Of a DNA stretch of 64,000 nucleotides, positions 39,499 through 47,700 are shown one piece after another (position 1 is the first letter of the stretch; each line of letters begins with the position of its first letter). The stretch comes from an archaeon. Its GTDB lineage: Archaea; Aenigmatarchaeota; Aenigmatarchaeia; GW2011-AR5. Location of the stretch: assembly GCA_028279825.1 (NCBI GenBank), contig JANQNA010000003.1, forward strand, positions 30,518 through 94,517, given 5' to 3'. The notes beneath the pieces are model-generated. The model was not told the origin of the DNA, did no database searches, and was given only the letters and a program-made list of their open reading frames with translations. A program made the position numbers and the translations under genes.

Positions 39499-39969
39499 TT
39501 ATCCTTGATAACTTTGCGATTCGGTTTTTAGTTTCAAATCGCTCCAAGAATCAGAAAGTTTTCTGCAAACATCAGAAAGTTCTTTTTCGAGTTCCTCGCT
39601 CCATAGTTCCCATGTCTTCTTTACCCATGCAGCAGTTTTCTGGTCATTCTGTTGAAGCATAAGCAGATTGTTTTCCCATTTCAGAACCTGGATTTTCTTG
39701 TAAATATCAAATAATCTCTGTCGCTCTTGATCAGACAACATTTCCTGTTCAAATATGCATGAGTAAGACTCAGACCCAGCTATGACTGGCTCTATTATCC
39801 TTTCGGTAAATGCAAAAAGACGATCAGAAACACCGGTTCTTATTTGATCAAACAGTCTCTCATTTTCTTCTATGTCAAATTTGAATGTTTCCTTGAGTTC
39901 ATTTAGGTGTGGCAAATCAAATTTGTCCTGCATTTTCCGATATTTCTGGAAACTTTCAGGACTCATTAC
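39499..39969 (-). CDS. Hypothetical protein
   Basis: About 156 aa with a helical, charged character. The probable start is MSPESFQKY. No motif recognised. Confidence 0.4.
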   Translation of the reverse strand, partial: VMSPESFQKYRKMQDKFDLPHLNELKETFKFDIEENERLFDQIRTGVSDRLFAFTERIIEPVIAGSESYSCIFEQEMLSDQERQRLFDIYKKIQVLKWENNLLMLQQNDQKTAAWVKKTWELWSEELEKELSDVCRKLSDSWSDLKLKTESQSYQG

Positions 39970-40051
39970 TATAAAACACTGGTTAAAAAGTATTAAAACC
40001 TTCCGAAAACAATACACGTATCCAAAAGTATCTTTACAGTGGTGAAAAAAA

Positions 40052-40699
40052 GTGAAAATCGTTGTAAAAGTTGGCGGTTCGACATCTATAAATGAAGATG
40101 GTCCTGATTTTTCCTATTTCTCAAAATTAGTCCCGGTTCTGAACAGAATAAAAAAGGAACACCAGTTGATTGTGTCTATAGGCGGCGGCGGATTGACACG
40201 TAGCTATCACAGATCCATAGAAAAGTTCGCGATGAACAGCCATGAAAAAGAACAGATTTTCATAGAGCTCATCAAATCCAACGTTCTGACACTTGCCTAC
40301 CTTTTGAAGACAAAGCCGATTTTTTCTCTGGACGAAGTCAAGAGAAATACATCCGGTGTTATCGGAGGAATAAAGCCCGGGAGAAGCACAGATGCTAACG
40401 CGGCCATAGCCGCGCAAAAGATCCAGGCAGATGTTTTCGTAAAACTCACCGATGTTAACGGTATATACAGCAAAGATCCTAACAAATTCATCGGTGCAAA
40501 AATAATAAGCAGAATGAGCTTTTCCGATTTGCAAAAATACTCTACCAAGGGAACCCCTAACAACTACGGTATACTTGACGCCACGGCCATAAAGACACTT
40601 TCAAAGAACAAGATAATAACACATATAATCAACGGAAAGAACCCTGATAATATACTAAAAGTGCTGAAAGGAGCTTCTATAGGAACCACTGTTTCTTAA
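40052..40699 (+). CDS. pyrH: Uridylate (UMP) kinase, archaeal type
   Basis: Amino-acid-kinase fold with KVGGS, SIGGGGLTRSY, GGIKPGRSTDANAAIAA and VNGIYSKDPNKF, ending GTTVS. The 215-aa length fits archaeal PyrH rather than IPK. Confidence 0.75.
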   Translation: MKIVVKVGGSTSINEDGPDFSYFSKLVPVLNRIKKEHQLIVSIGGGGLTRSYHRSIEKFAMNSHEKEQIFIELIKSNVLTLAYLLKTKPIFSLDEVKRNTSGVIGGIKPGRSTDANAAIAAQKIQADVFVKLTDVNGIYSKDPNKFIGAKIISRMSFSDLQKYSTKGTPNNYGILDATAIKTLSKNKIITHIINGKNPDNILKVLKGASIGTTVS

Positions 40700-40854
40700 A
40701 GGATAAAGTACAGCAATCCCAAGAAAACAATCACAATGAACGCAGCTGCGCACTTCTCCTCCATTGTTAGCTTTGTTGTTGTTGACCTTGTAGTTCTTCT
40801 TGAAACTTTTCTTCTTGTCCTTCTTGAAACCCTTCTCCTAGACTTTTTTGCCAT
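40696..40854 (-). CDS. Possible 52-aa tail-anchored basic protein
   Basis: MAKKSRRRVSRRTRRKVSRRTTRSTTTKLTMEEKCAAAFIVIVFLGLLYFIL has an Arg-rich N-terminus (from direct DNA repeats CTTCTTGAAAC x2) and a C-terminal TM. Its stop overlaps the pyrH stop convergently. Below the ORF-track cutoff. Confidence 0.35.
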   Translation of the reverse strand: MAKKSRRRVSRRTRRKVSRRTTRSTTTKLTMEEKCAAAFIVIVFLGLLYFIL

Positions 40855-40925
40855 AATTATACTAGTCGACCCGCTTTAAAAAGATTCAATATGACGAGGA
40901 ATAATATTACTACAGAATGGAATCA

Positions 40926-41030
40926 GGGCCTGTAGTCTAGTGGTATGACGTCTGCTTCACACGCAGGAGACCGGCGGTTCGATAGCTGTATGAGAGCTAC
41001 GCTCTCCAGTCGAGTGTCCGCCTGGGCCCA
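40926..41030 (+). tRNA. tRNA-Val (CAC) with a ~32-nt insert in the T-loop
   Basis: GGGCCTG-TA-GTCT-AGTGGTAT-GAC-G-TCTGC-TTCACAC-GCAGG-AGACC-GGCGG-TTCGAtag[CTGTATGAGAGCTACGCTCTCCAGTCGA]gtgt-CCGCC-TGGGCCC-A. The insert block is shared with tRNA-Arg. A T-run follows. Confidence 0.75.
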
Positions 41031-41059
41031 TTTTAATATTTTTCTTATAAGGAATCTCT

Positions 41060-41530
41060 ATGAATGATGAAGAAACCACAGAAATTCTCAGAAAACCCTC
41101 AAGAGATACTGTTCAGACACCGTCATGGCAACACAGAGAAATGCCACACGACGGAGTTTATCTCTCTTTATACGACAAAGAAGGCCAAGATTATTCCTTA
41201 CAAATAACAGTTAATGGAGAGGGTTCAGAGGAAGCTGCCCTTGGGCACGCACGTGCATTCTCAGTATTTTATGGTACTGGTGGCTCTGATTCAAAACACA
41301 TAGGTGGTGTAGGATTTAGCTCAGTAGCCTACTCACGAAGAGGTCGATTAAGCCCGCTAAGACGAGCAGAAATAGAAGAAGTTTACTGTTTTTTCGCGAG
41401 GGAAATTGAAGATTTTCCAGACAGAGATCTTCTATCTACAATAAAAAAGGATCTAGAAAAACTGTATAGAGAAGCCGTGAAAAATTTAGACGGAGACTGG
41501 GGAGCCCACGAACCTACTTCTTCTCAATAA
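41060..41530 (+). CDS. Hypothetical protein
   Basis: 156 aa with no recognised motif. Confidence 0.4.
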   Translation: MNDEETTEILRKPSRDTVQTPSWQHREMPHDGVYLSLYDKEGQDYSLQITVNGEGSEEAALGHARAFSVFYGTGGSDSKHIGGVGFSSVAYSRRGRLSPLRRAEIEEVYCFFAREIEDFPDRDLLSTIKKDLEKLYREAVKNLDGDWGAHEPTSSQ

Positions 41531-41954
41531 TTATTTCTGTTAAGTTATCACCACGTCGCATATGCTTAGTGAAATGATATGTCCAATTCCCCAGAAGATA
41601 GTCAACTTTGAAATCCAGGAATGTTTTATCAAATAATTCAGGATCGATCTTTCCCTTTAACCCGGGAAAAGGATCTGTGTGAAATCTGTAAACTATTCTT
41701 TTTTCTGTGACCTCAGGGAATTCTACATGAAGTCCAACGGAAGCATCTCGTTCACCTACACATCTTGCAAAATCCTCCGGTATACCCTTAGTGAATCCCA
41801 TTTTATCATAAGCAGGACTCAGTCTACTCGCAAATAGCGTTTTCATATAATTCAGAGCCCCAGCTTCCCCAACTTCTTCTAATTTCTTAAGAAAACGCTG
41901 TTCATAGTCAGAGAAAAACTCTGTATTGTAAGGAACGGTGGGTTTGAAATCCAT
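41514..41954 (-). CDS. Hypothetical protein
   Basis: 146 aa, convergent with the previous gene. No recognised motif. Confidence 0.4.
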   Translation of the reverse strand: MDFKPTVPYNTEFFSDYEQRFLKKLEEVGEAGALNYMKTLFASRLSPAYDKMGFTKGIPEDFARCVGERDASVGLHVEFPEVTEKRIVYRFHTDPFPGLKGKIDPELFDKTFLDFKVDYLLGNWTYHFTKHMRRGDNLTEIIIEKK

Positions 41955-42004
41955 ATTGAGAATGTCCTTAGAACCCTTAAAAAGATTACAACAGTCCTAT
42001 TCTT

Positions 42005-42985
42005 ATGAAAGCAACAGCTGTGGCGAATGCCAACATAGCTTTGGTAAAGTACTGGGGCAAGAGAAACAAGGAGCTAATATTACCTTTCAATTCTAGTATT
42101 TCCATGGTTTGTGATGGTCTTCACACAAAAACAACTGTGGAATTTGGGGACTATGATGAAGATTCCATAAAGATAAACAATGAAGAACTTCAGAAAGACG
42201 AAAAAGACGTATTAGGTCATGTTGAAAGAATCCGCAAGATAGCGGGCATAAACAAAAAGGCAAAGGTAATATCAGAAGCAAACTTCCCTGTGGCCGCAGG
42301 CCTAGCTTCAAGCGCTTCTGGCTTGGCAGCTCTTACGCTAGCAGCCAGCAAGGCAGCCGGTTTGGATCTAAGTGAGCGTGAGCTCACAATGCTGGCACGA
42401 CAGGGATCGGGAAGCGCTTCGCGCTCCATAAGCGAAGGCTTTGGTATCTGGAACAAGGGTGAGAAAGAAGACGGTACAGATTCTTTCGCCGAAACTATCG
42501 CGCCAAAGGCACACTGGCCCGAATTCCGTATGATTGCCTGTATTGTCAGCGAGGCCAAAAAGGCGACAAGCTCCAGAGCAGGCATGAGCCAAACTGTAAA
42601 GACAAGTCCTTACTACGAGGGATGGTTGAAGACCATTGATCAGGATATTGAAAACATGAAAGAAGGTATAAAGAAAAAAGACTTCACACTTGTTGGGTCT
42701 ACCGCTGAAGCAAACGCATTGAAGATGCACGCAACCATGATTACAACAGATCCGTCAATAATATATTGGGCACCTGGAACAATGGAGATCATGCACTCTA
42801 TACTCCAATGGCGCGAAGAAGGATTGGAATCATATTTCACAATGGACGCAGGTCCTCAGGTAAAAATACTTTGTTTAGAGAAAGATCTGGAAGAGATACA
42901 AAAAAGACTGTCCAATCTAGTAAAGAAAACAATTGTCTGCAAACCAGGCGACGGCGCAAGGCTAACAGAAGACCACCTATTCTAA
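42005..42985 (+). CDS. mvaD: Diphosphomevalonate decarboxylase family (MVD/PMD)
   Basis: GHMP-superfamily MVD signatures NIALVKYWGKRN and AAGLASSASG. 326 aa. Confidence 0.8.
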   Translation: MKATAVANANIALVKYWGKRNKELILPFNSSISMVCDGLHTKTTVEFGDYDEDSIKINNEELQKDEKDVLGHVERIRKIAGINKKAKVISEANFPVAAGLASSASGLAALTLAASKAAGLDLSERELTMLARQGSGSASRSISEGFGIWNKGEKEDGTDSFAETIAPKAHWPEFRMIACIVSEAKKATSSRAGMSQTVKTSPYYEGWLKTIDQDIENMKEGIKKKDFTLVGSTAEANALKMHATMITTDPSIIYWAPGTMEIMHSILQWREEGLESYFTMDAGPQVKILCLEKDLEEIQKRLSNLVKKTIVCKPGDGARLTEDHLF

Positions 42986-43512
42986 TGATAACAGATAATC
43001 TCGAAGAACTTTTTGATGTCGTGGACGAAAACAATAACGTAGTGGGCAAAGCAACACGCGGAGAAGTTCATACAAAAGGTTTATGGCATCGCGCAATTCA
43101 TGTATTAATTCTGAACTCAAAAAAGGAAATACTTCTCCAAAAACGCTCAATGACAAAGGAATTATATAAGGGCTACTGGATTGATACAGCTGGCCATGTT
43201 GATAGCGGCGAAAGCTACGAAGAGACTGCCAAGCGAGAAATGAAAGAGGAAATTGGTATTGACACAGAGTTAGAGCATTTATTTGATTGCACAAAATACA
43301 CAGGCAACGACAATGAGTTTATACGTGTATTTTTGGGTCATCATGATGGACCTTTTGAAATTAATAAAAACGAGATGGATTTTGTCAAATTTTTTCCCAT
43401 AAAGAAAATTTTTGAAATGATCAAAACAGAAAAAATAACACCGGGTACTTTAAGTATACTTAAGGAGCTGGAAAAACATCCGGAACTCTTAAAAAGACTA
43501 ATGGGAGAGTGA
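42985..43512 (+). CDS. IDI-like Nudix hydrolase lacking the IDI catalytic Cys
   Basis: The start ATG overlaps the MVD stop (TAATG). HRAIHVLILNS...QKRSMTKELYKGYWIDTAGHVDSGESYEETAKREMKEEIGI resembles the IDI-1 core but has TAGH instead of C(C)xHP. Confidence 0.65.
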   Translation: MITDNLEELFDVVDENNNVVGKATRGEVHTKGLWHRAIHVLILNSKKEILLQKRSMTKELYKGYWIDTAGHVDSGESYEETAKREMKEEIGIDTELEHLFDCTKYTGNDNEFIRVFLGHHDGPFEINKNEMDFVKFFPIKKIFEMIKTEKITPGTLSILKELEKHPELLKRLMGE

Positions 43513-43516
43513 TAGT

Positions 43517-44455
43517 ATGAGTGGAAAAGGTATAGGATTTGGTAAGACTATTCTATTTGGAGAGCATTTTGTTGTTTACGGGCTTCCAGGTATTGCATCA
43601 GCAATAAGTGATTTGACAACAGCGGAAGTTGAAGAAGGAGAAAAGTTTGAACTTGTTGATAACAGGCCGGCTGTTGAAGGTTACAAAGTAAAAAAGCAGG
43701 AAGAGATTTCCAGGGAACTAGATTCTATTTTCGAATTCATGAAGATTGATCGTGAAAAACCACCTTTGAAAATAACACTGGCAGGAAACCTTGAGTGTGC
43801 TTCCGGTATAGGCGCTAGCGCCGCTCTGGCAAGCAGTATCGCGCGTGCATTGAGTGAACATTTGTCGCTAAATCTGACAGATGACCAGATAAATGAAATA
43901 GCATTTGAAGGTGAGCGTGGAGGATCAGGAACACCAAGTGGTATAGACAACACATGCTCAACATACGGCGGCATGATTACTTTTGAGAAGAATCTTTCTG
44001 GCGGACCAAACAAGATAGAACACATAGAAGTCGGGAAGCCTTTTGAGATTGTTATGGTAAACACTGGAATAACCCAGGAAACAAAGAAAGTCGTGGCTGA
44101 CGTAAGAGCTGAAAAGGAAAAGGACCCCGAAAAGTATGAGAAAATATTCTCGGATTACAAAAAAACTGTCGACGAGGCTGTTGTTTCTCTAAAGGAAGGC
44201 AACATCGAGAACGTCGGTAAATTGATGGACAAGAATCAGGAATTGCTTAGACAAATAACAGTAAGCTGCCCTGAAGTTGAAAATATAGTAAAGATGACCA
44301 AAGAAAAAGGCGCACTCGGAGCAAAACTAACAGGTACAGGAAGAGGCGGTCTTGTTATTTGTTTGTCTCCTGGTAAAGATGTTACAAAAACAATAGTAGA
44401 GTCAGCTAAAGCAGAAAATCTAAAAGTAAATGTCACGACTCTAGGGAAAAAATAG
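43517..44455 (+). CDS. mvk: Mevalonate kinase
   Basis: GHMP motifs KTILFGEHFVVYG, ASGIGASAA and TGTGRGG. 312 aa. Confidence 0.85.
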   Translation: MSGKGIGFGKTILFGEHFVVYGLPGIASAISDLTTAEVEEGEKFELVDNRPAVEGYKVKKQEEISRELDSIFEFMKIDREKPPLKITLAGNLECASGIGASAALASSIARALSEHLSLNLTDDQINEIAFEGERGGSGTPSGIDNTCSTYGGMITFEKNLSGGPNKIEHIEVGKPFEIVMVNTGITQETKKVVADVRAEKEKDPEKYEKIFSDYKKTVDEAVVSLKEGNIENVGKLMDKNQELLRQITVSCPEVENIVKMTKEKGALGAKLTGTGRGGLVICLSPGKDVTKTIVESAKAENLKVNVTTLGKK

Positions 44456-44456
44456 G

Positions 44457-45482
44457 CTATTTTTTTGCCGTAGTCATGTAAAGCAGATCATTCCCCGAAA
44501 GCAGCCGCTCTGAAGTTACATGATTAAAACCAACTTCAAATAATTCTCTTGCATATTGCAGTGCAGGTCTATGCCCTTCTAACAACAAAATATCATCCTC
44601 TGGTCTGAATTCACCTGCTTCCTGTGCCTTTCTTCTTACATCTGCCCAGCCTCCCCAGAAATTTCGTATTGTTGCATTGGCTTCAAATTCAGCAGAACTC
44701 CCAACTCTTCCTGGGGATTCTAAAGCCTTTGGATAGGCCCTGGCAAAATCATCAAGATCACTATGTTTTGTCTCCCAATCAAACCTTTTTAAAAATTCAA
44801 AAACACGATGAGGATGCTCCCACATTGAATTGTGCCAGTCCGGCAAAAGAACTGAACCACCATGTTTTGTCACATGATAAAGAACTCTAAATGGTGTATC
44901 AAGGTAAGCATGATGGTGAATAGCAGCAACAGCACTTACTATATCCTGTGAGCCACGAGGTGTAAAATCTCTTGCATCTATGTCCCTTGCTGCATGTGTA
45001 GTGAAGTCTTTATCTTTTTTTAGACCCAGCTCTTCCAAATCAGCTGTCATTTTATCAAGTCGTTCTTGTGATGGCTCTATTAGTGTTGCATATACACGTT
45101 CTATGTCAATATTATCCGCCAGAAGTTTTTCATAAACATTAACAGTACTAACACCTGCACCACATTCCAGATAATTTACTGTACCCATCATTTCTTGAAC
45201 AAGTTTTGATACAGCAGCTGCATTTGCATTCCGCAATATTTGAGGGAAATTTTGCAAACCGGCAGCTTCTGTAGCCTCTATAACATATTTCATCTGCCTT
45301 GGCGAACCGCCTTCCCATTCCATTCTGTAAGCATCATCACTTCTTTCTCTGAACTCACCCTCAGGAATACCCCAGTTAGAATAAGCATAAGATGGCACAC
45401 GCAAAGCAGAACCAAGTCTGACAGGCATAAGCGGCGAAAAAACTTCATCACTAGCAGGATTAAATTCAGGCATGTCTACCAT
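44457..45482 (-). CDS. Putative class I SAM-dependent methyltransferase-like protein
   Basis: Motif I-like LECGAGVST. 341 aa. Family not resolved. Confidence 0.45.
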   Translation of the reverse strand: MVDMPEFNPASDEVFSPLMPVRLGSALRVPSYAYSNWGIPEGEFRERSDDAYRMEWEGGSPRQMKYVIEATEAAGLQNFPQILRNANAAAVSKLVQEMMGTVNYLECGAGVSTVNVYEKLLADNIDIERVYATLIEPSQERLDKMTADLEELGLKKDKDFTTHAARDIDARDFTPRGSQDIVSAVAAIHHHAYLDTPFRVLYHVTKHGGSVLLPDWHNSMWEHPHRVFEFLKRFDWETKHSDLDDFARAYPKALESPGRVGSSAEFEANATIRNFWGGWADVRRKAQEAGEFRPEDDILLLEGHRPALQYARELFEVGFNHVTSERLLSGNDLLYMTTAKK

Positions 45483-45969
45483 TCCACTCTATGACATCCA
45501 ATAGAACACTGCACGCCGGAGTAAATTCTTTTTTCCGTGCAAATGCTTCATCTTCCAACATGTATTGCGGTTTTCTAGCATCTGACTCAGGGTTTTCTTC
45601 AGGCTCCTGACTATCATCTTTTGGCACAAGACCTACTAACCTACCCCTGTATTCCTTTTCACTGTCCTTATAAATCATAAGAAAAGATCCGTCGTCGAAT
45701 GATTGTACAATAATTTCTGGCCTGTCCCATATATGTCTATCTGGTCTAAGAATATGCAATGGTGGTCGATATGTTATTATACCAGTTTCTTCTCTCACTT
45801 CATGCATGGCAGCCTCAGCGTAAGTTTCTCTGCGTAAACGACCGCCACCAGGTATAACCAGTTGACCTCGTCTCTCAGGATCATCTTCTTTGTAACGAGT
45901 TGCAACAAGAAGTTGCCTACCCCCACCTAAGTCTCGTGATACATATCCCCATGCGACAGATTTAGCCAT
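45466..45969 (-). CDS. Nudix hydrolase
   Basis: Nudix box GGGRLRRETYAEAAMHEVREETGI. Confidence 0.75.
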   Translation of the reverse strand: MAKSVAWGYVSRDLGGGRQLLVATRYKEDDPERRGQLVIPGGGRLRRETYAEAAMHEVREETGIITYRPPLHILRPDRHIWDRPEIIVQSFDDGSFLMIYKDSEKEYRGRLVGLVPKDDSQEPEENPESDARKPQYMLEDEAFARKKEFTPACSVLLDVIEWNGRHA

Positions 45970-46019
45970 ACCCAGACGTTATTAGAAATCTTTTTAAGTG
46001 TTGTAAAGACAGCTATTCT

Positions 46020-47147
46020 ATGCACTTTTCAGCACCTGGAAAACTGGTAGTTTCGGGTGAATGGGCGATACTGGAAGTCGGAAACAGGGGATTGGTTGCT
46101 TCTGTGAACAACCGCGTTCACGTAGATATTGATAAAAGCGATGATATAGTTATCACAGCCAGTGAGTTTGGCATTGAAGACGCGAAAGCAAAGTACAGTA
46201 ACGGGCAGTTAACTGTGGACGTTGATGAAGAAAAGAAGAAAACACTTAACCTTCTTTCAAGGGCAATTGCCACGTCTTTGAAGTATCTGGAAGAAAAAGA
46301 AATTAAGATAAAGACGTTCAAGATAAAGACGTCCAGTAAAGATACGCAGTTTGACGTTAACGGGGAAGTCAAAAAGATCGGTTTTGGTTCTTCGGCAGCC
46401 GTCACTGTTGCCGCTATAACAGCTGTTTTGGATTTTCATGGCTACGCCTATCAAAAAGATGAAATATACAAGCTCGCTACAATAGCGCACTTCTACGCAC
46501 AGGGGAAAATAGGATCAGGTTTTGACGTAGCAGCTTCAACATACGGTGGATTGTTTGTTTATTCAAGATTTGATCCAAAATGGTTGACCGAAAAGGTAGA
46601 AGCAGGTGAAAAACTTGGCCTGATCGTAAATGAGAAGTGGCCGGGATTTGTTGCTGAGGTACTGGAAGTTCCGAAAGACTTTCATCTTCTGGTCGGCTGG
46701 ACAAAAGATTCCGCATCAACAAAGGAAATGGTAAAACAGATGAACGTATTCAAGGAAGGTCATAGAGACGTTTATGATAAACACTTCTCTGGCATAGCTG
46801 CCTTGGCAGCTGAAGCCATAACGGCATTCAAAACAAACAACAAAGAAAAGTTTTTGGAGCTTTTGCAAAAAAACGAACAACTACTTTCAGATTTGGGCAA
46901 AGCCAGCGGTGTCAACATAGAAACGCCTGAACTGAAAACTCTATCGGAAGAGGCCGCTAAGGCCGGCGCAGCCGGTAAGCTCTCAGGCGCCGGAGGCGGT
47001 GATTGCGGTATTGCCGTATGCTTTGACGGAGCCGTAGCAAAAAAGATAAAAGAAGCATGGAAAACAGCAGGGTTGCATCTTGTAGACGTGACTATAGACA
47101 GAGAGGGTGTTAAAAAAGATAAATCTGTTTTTAACCTTTTCCATTAA
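46020..47147 (+). CDS. Phosphomevalonate kinase (GHMP/ERG8 type)
   Basis: APGKLVVSGEWAILE, GFGSSAAVTVAAI and SGAGGGDCGIA. 375 aa. Confidence 0.75.
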   Translation: MHFSAPGKLVVSGEWAILEVGNRGLVASVNNRVHVDIDKSDDIVITASEFGIEDAKAKYSNGQLTVDVDEEKKKTLNLLSRAIATSLKYLEEKEIKIKTFKIKTSSKDTQFDVNGEVKKIGFGSSAAVTVAAITAVLDFHGYAYQKDEIYKLATIAHFYAQGKIGSGFDVAASTYGGLFVYSRFDPKWLTEKVEAGEKLGLIVNEKWPGFVAEVLEVPKDFHLLVGWTKDSASTKEMVKQMNVFKEGHRDVYDKHFSGIAALAAEAITAFKTNNKEKFLELLQKNEQLLSDLGKASGVNIETPELKTLSEEAAKAGAAGKLSGAGGGDCGIAVCFDGAVAKKIKEAWKTAGLHLVDVTIDREGVKKDKSVFNLFH

Positions 47148-47155
47148 TTCTAATT

Positions 47156-47671
47156 ATGCACGAAGTAATTCTTGTTGACAGCGAAGATAATGAACTTGGT
47201 ACGGCTGAAAAATATCCTCCACACAGGCATCCGATGAAGTTACACAGGGCATTTTCTGTATACGTACTTAACGGACAAGGCCAATTGTTGATACACAAGA
47301 GAGCAGGTGACAAAAGAACTTGGCCAGGATTCTGGACAAATACATGCTGCTCACATCCAAGACCAAACGAGCCTGTGGAAATAGGCGCAGCCCGAAGACT
47401 AAGGGAAGAACTGGGTTTTGAATGTGATCTTGAGTTTCTCTTCAAGTTTGAATATCAGGCAAAATATAACGAAGAGTATGGTGAATATGAATTAGATCAT
47501 GTTTTCCTTGGACATTTCAACGGTGAAGTGGTGCCAGATCCAACAGAAGTTGAAGAGTTCAAGTTCGTTGACTTGGGTTTTCTGGAAAAAGATATGAAAG
47601 AAAATCCTGAAAAATATACTCCATGGTTCAAGATATCATTCCCAGGAGTTCTGGAACATATAAAAAAATAA
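47156..47671 (+). CDS. idi: Isopentenyl-diphosphate delta-isomerase type 1 (Nudix-fold IDI-1)
   Basis: LHRAFSVYVLN, KRTWPGFWTNTCCSHPRPNE and EELG. The catalytic Cys is present and the size is as for E. coli Idi. Confidence 0.8.
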   Translation: MHEVILVDSEDNELGTAEKYPPHRHPMKLHRAFSVYVLNGQGQLLIHKRAGDKRTWPGFWTNTCCSHPRPNEPVEIGAARRLREELGFECDLEFLFKFEYQAKYNEEYGEYELDHVFLGHFNGEVVPDPTEVEEFKFVDLGFLEKDMKENPEKYTPWFKISFPGVLEHIKK

Positions 47672-47700
47672 ATTTAAACCATTGAATTCAATTTTTCTAT

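Noticed and set aside
40052-40699. Amino-acid-kinase-fold gene considered as isopentenyl phosphate kinase (IPK), given the nearby mevalonate genes.
   Set aside because: Its length (215 aa) and motifs (GGGGLTRSY, GGIKPGRSTDANAAIAA, VNGIYSKDPNKF, C-terminal GTTV) match archaeal UMP kinase better than IPK. It is called pyrH with moderate confidence.
40770-40835. Direct repeats CTTCTTGAAAC x2 considered as a possible CRISPR or repeat array.
   Set aside because: There are only two short copies, the spacing is irregular, and they are explained as codons for an Arg-rich peptide repeat. No CRISPR array or cas gene is present anywhere in the window.
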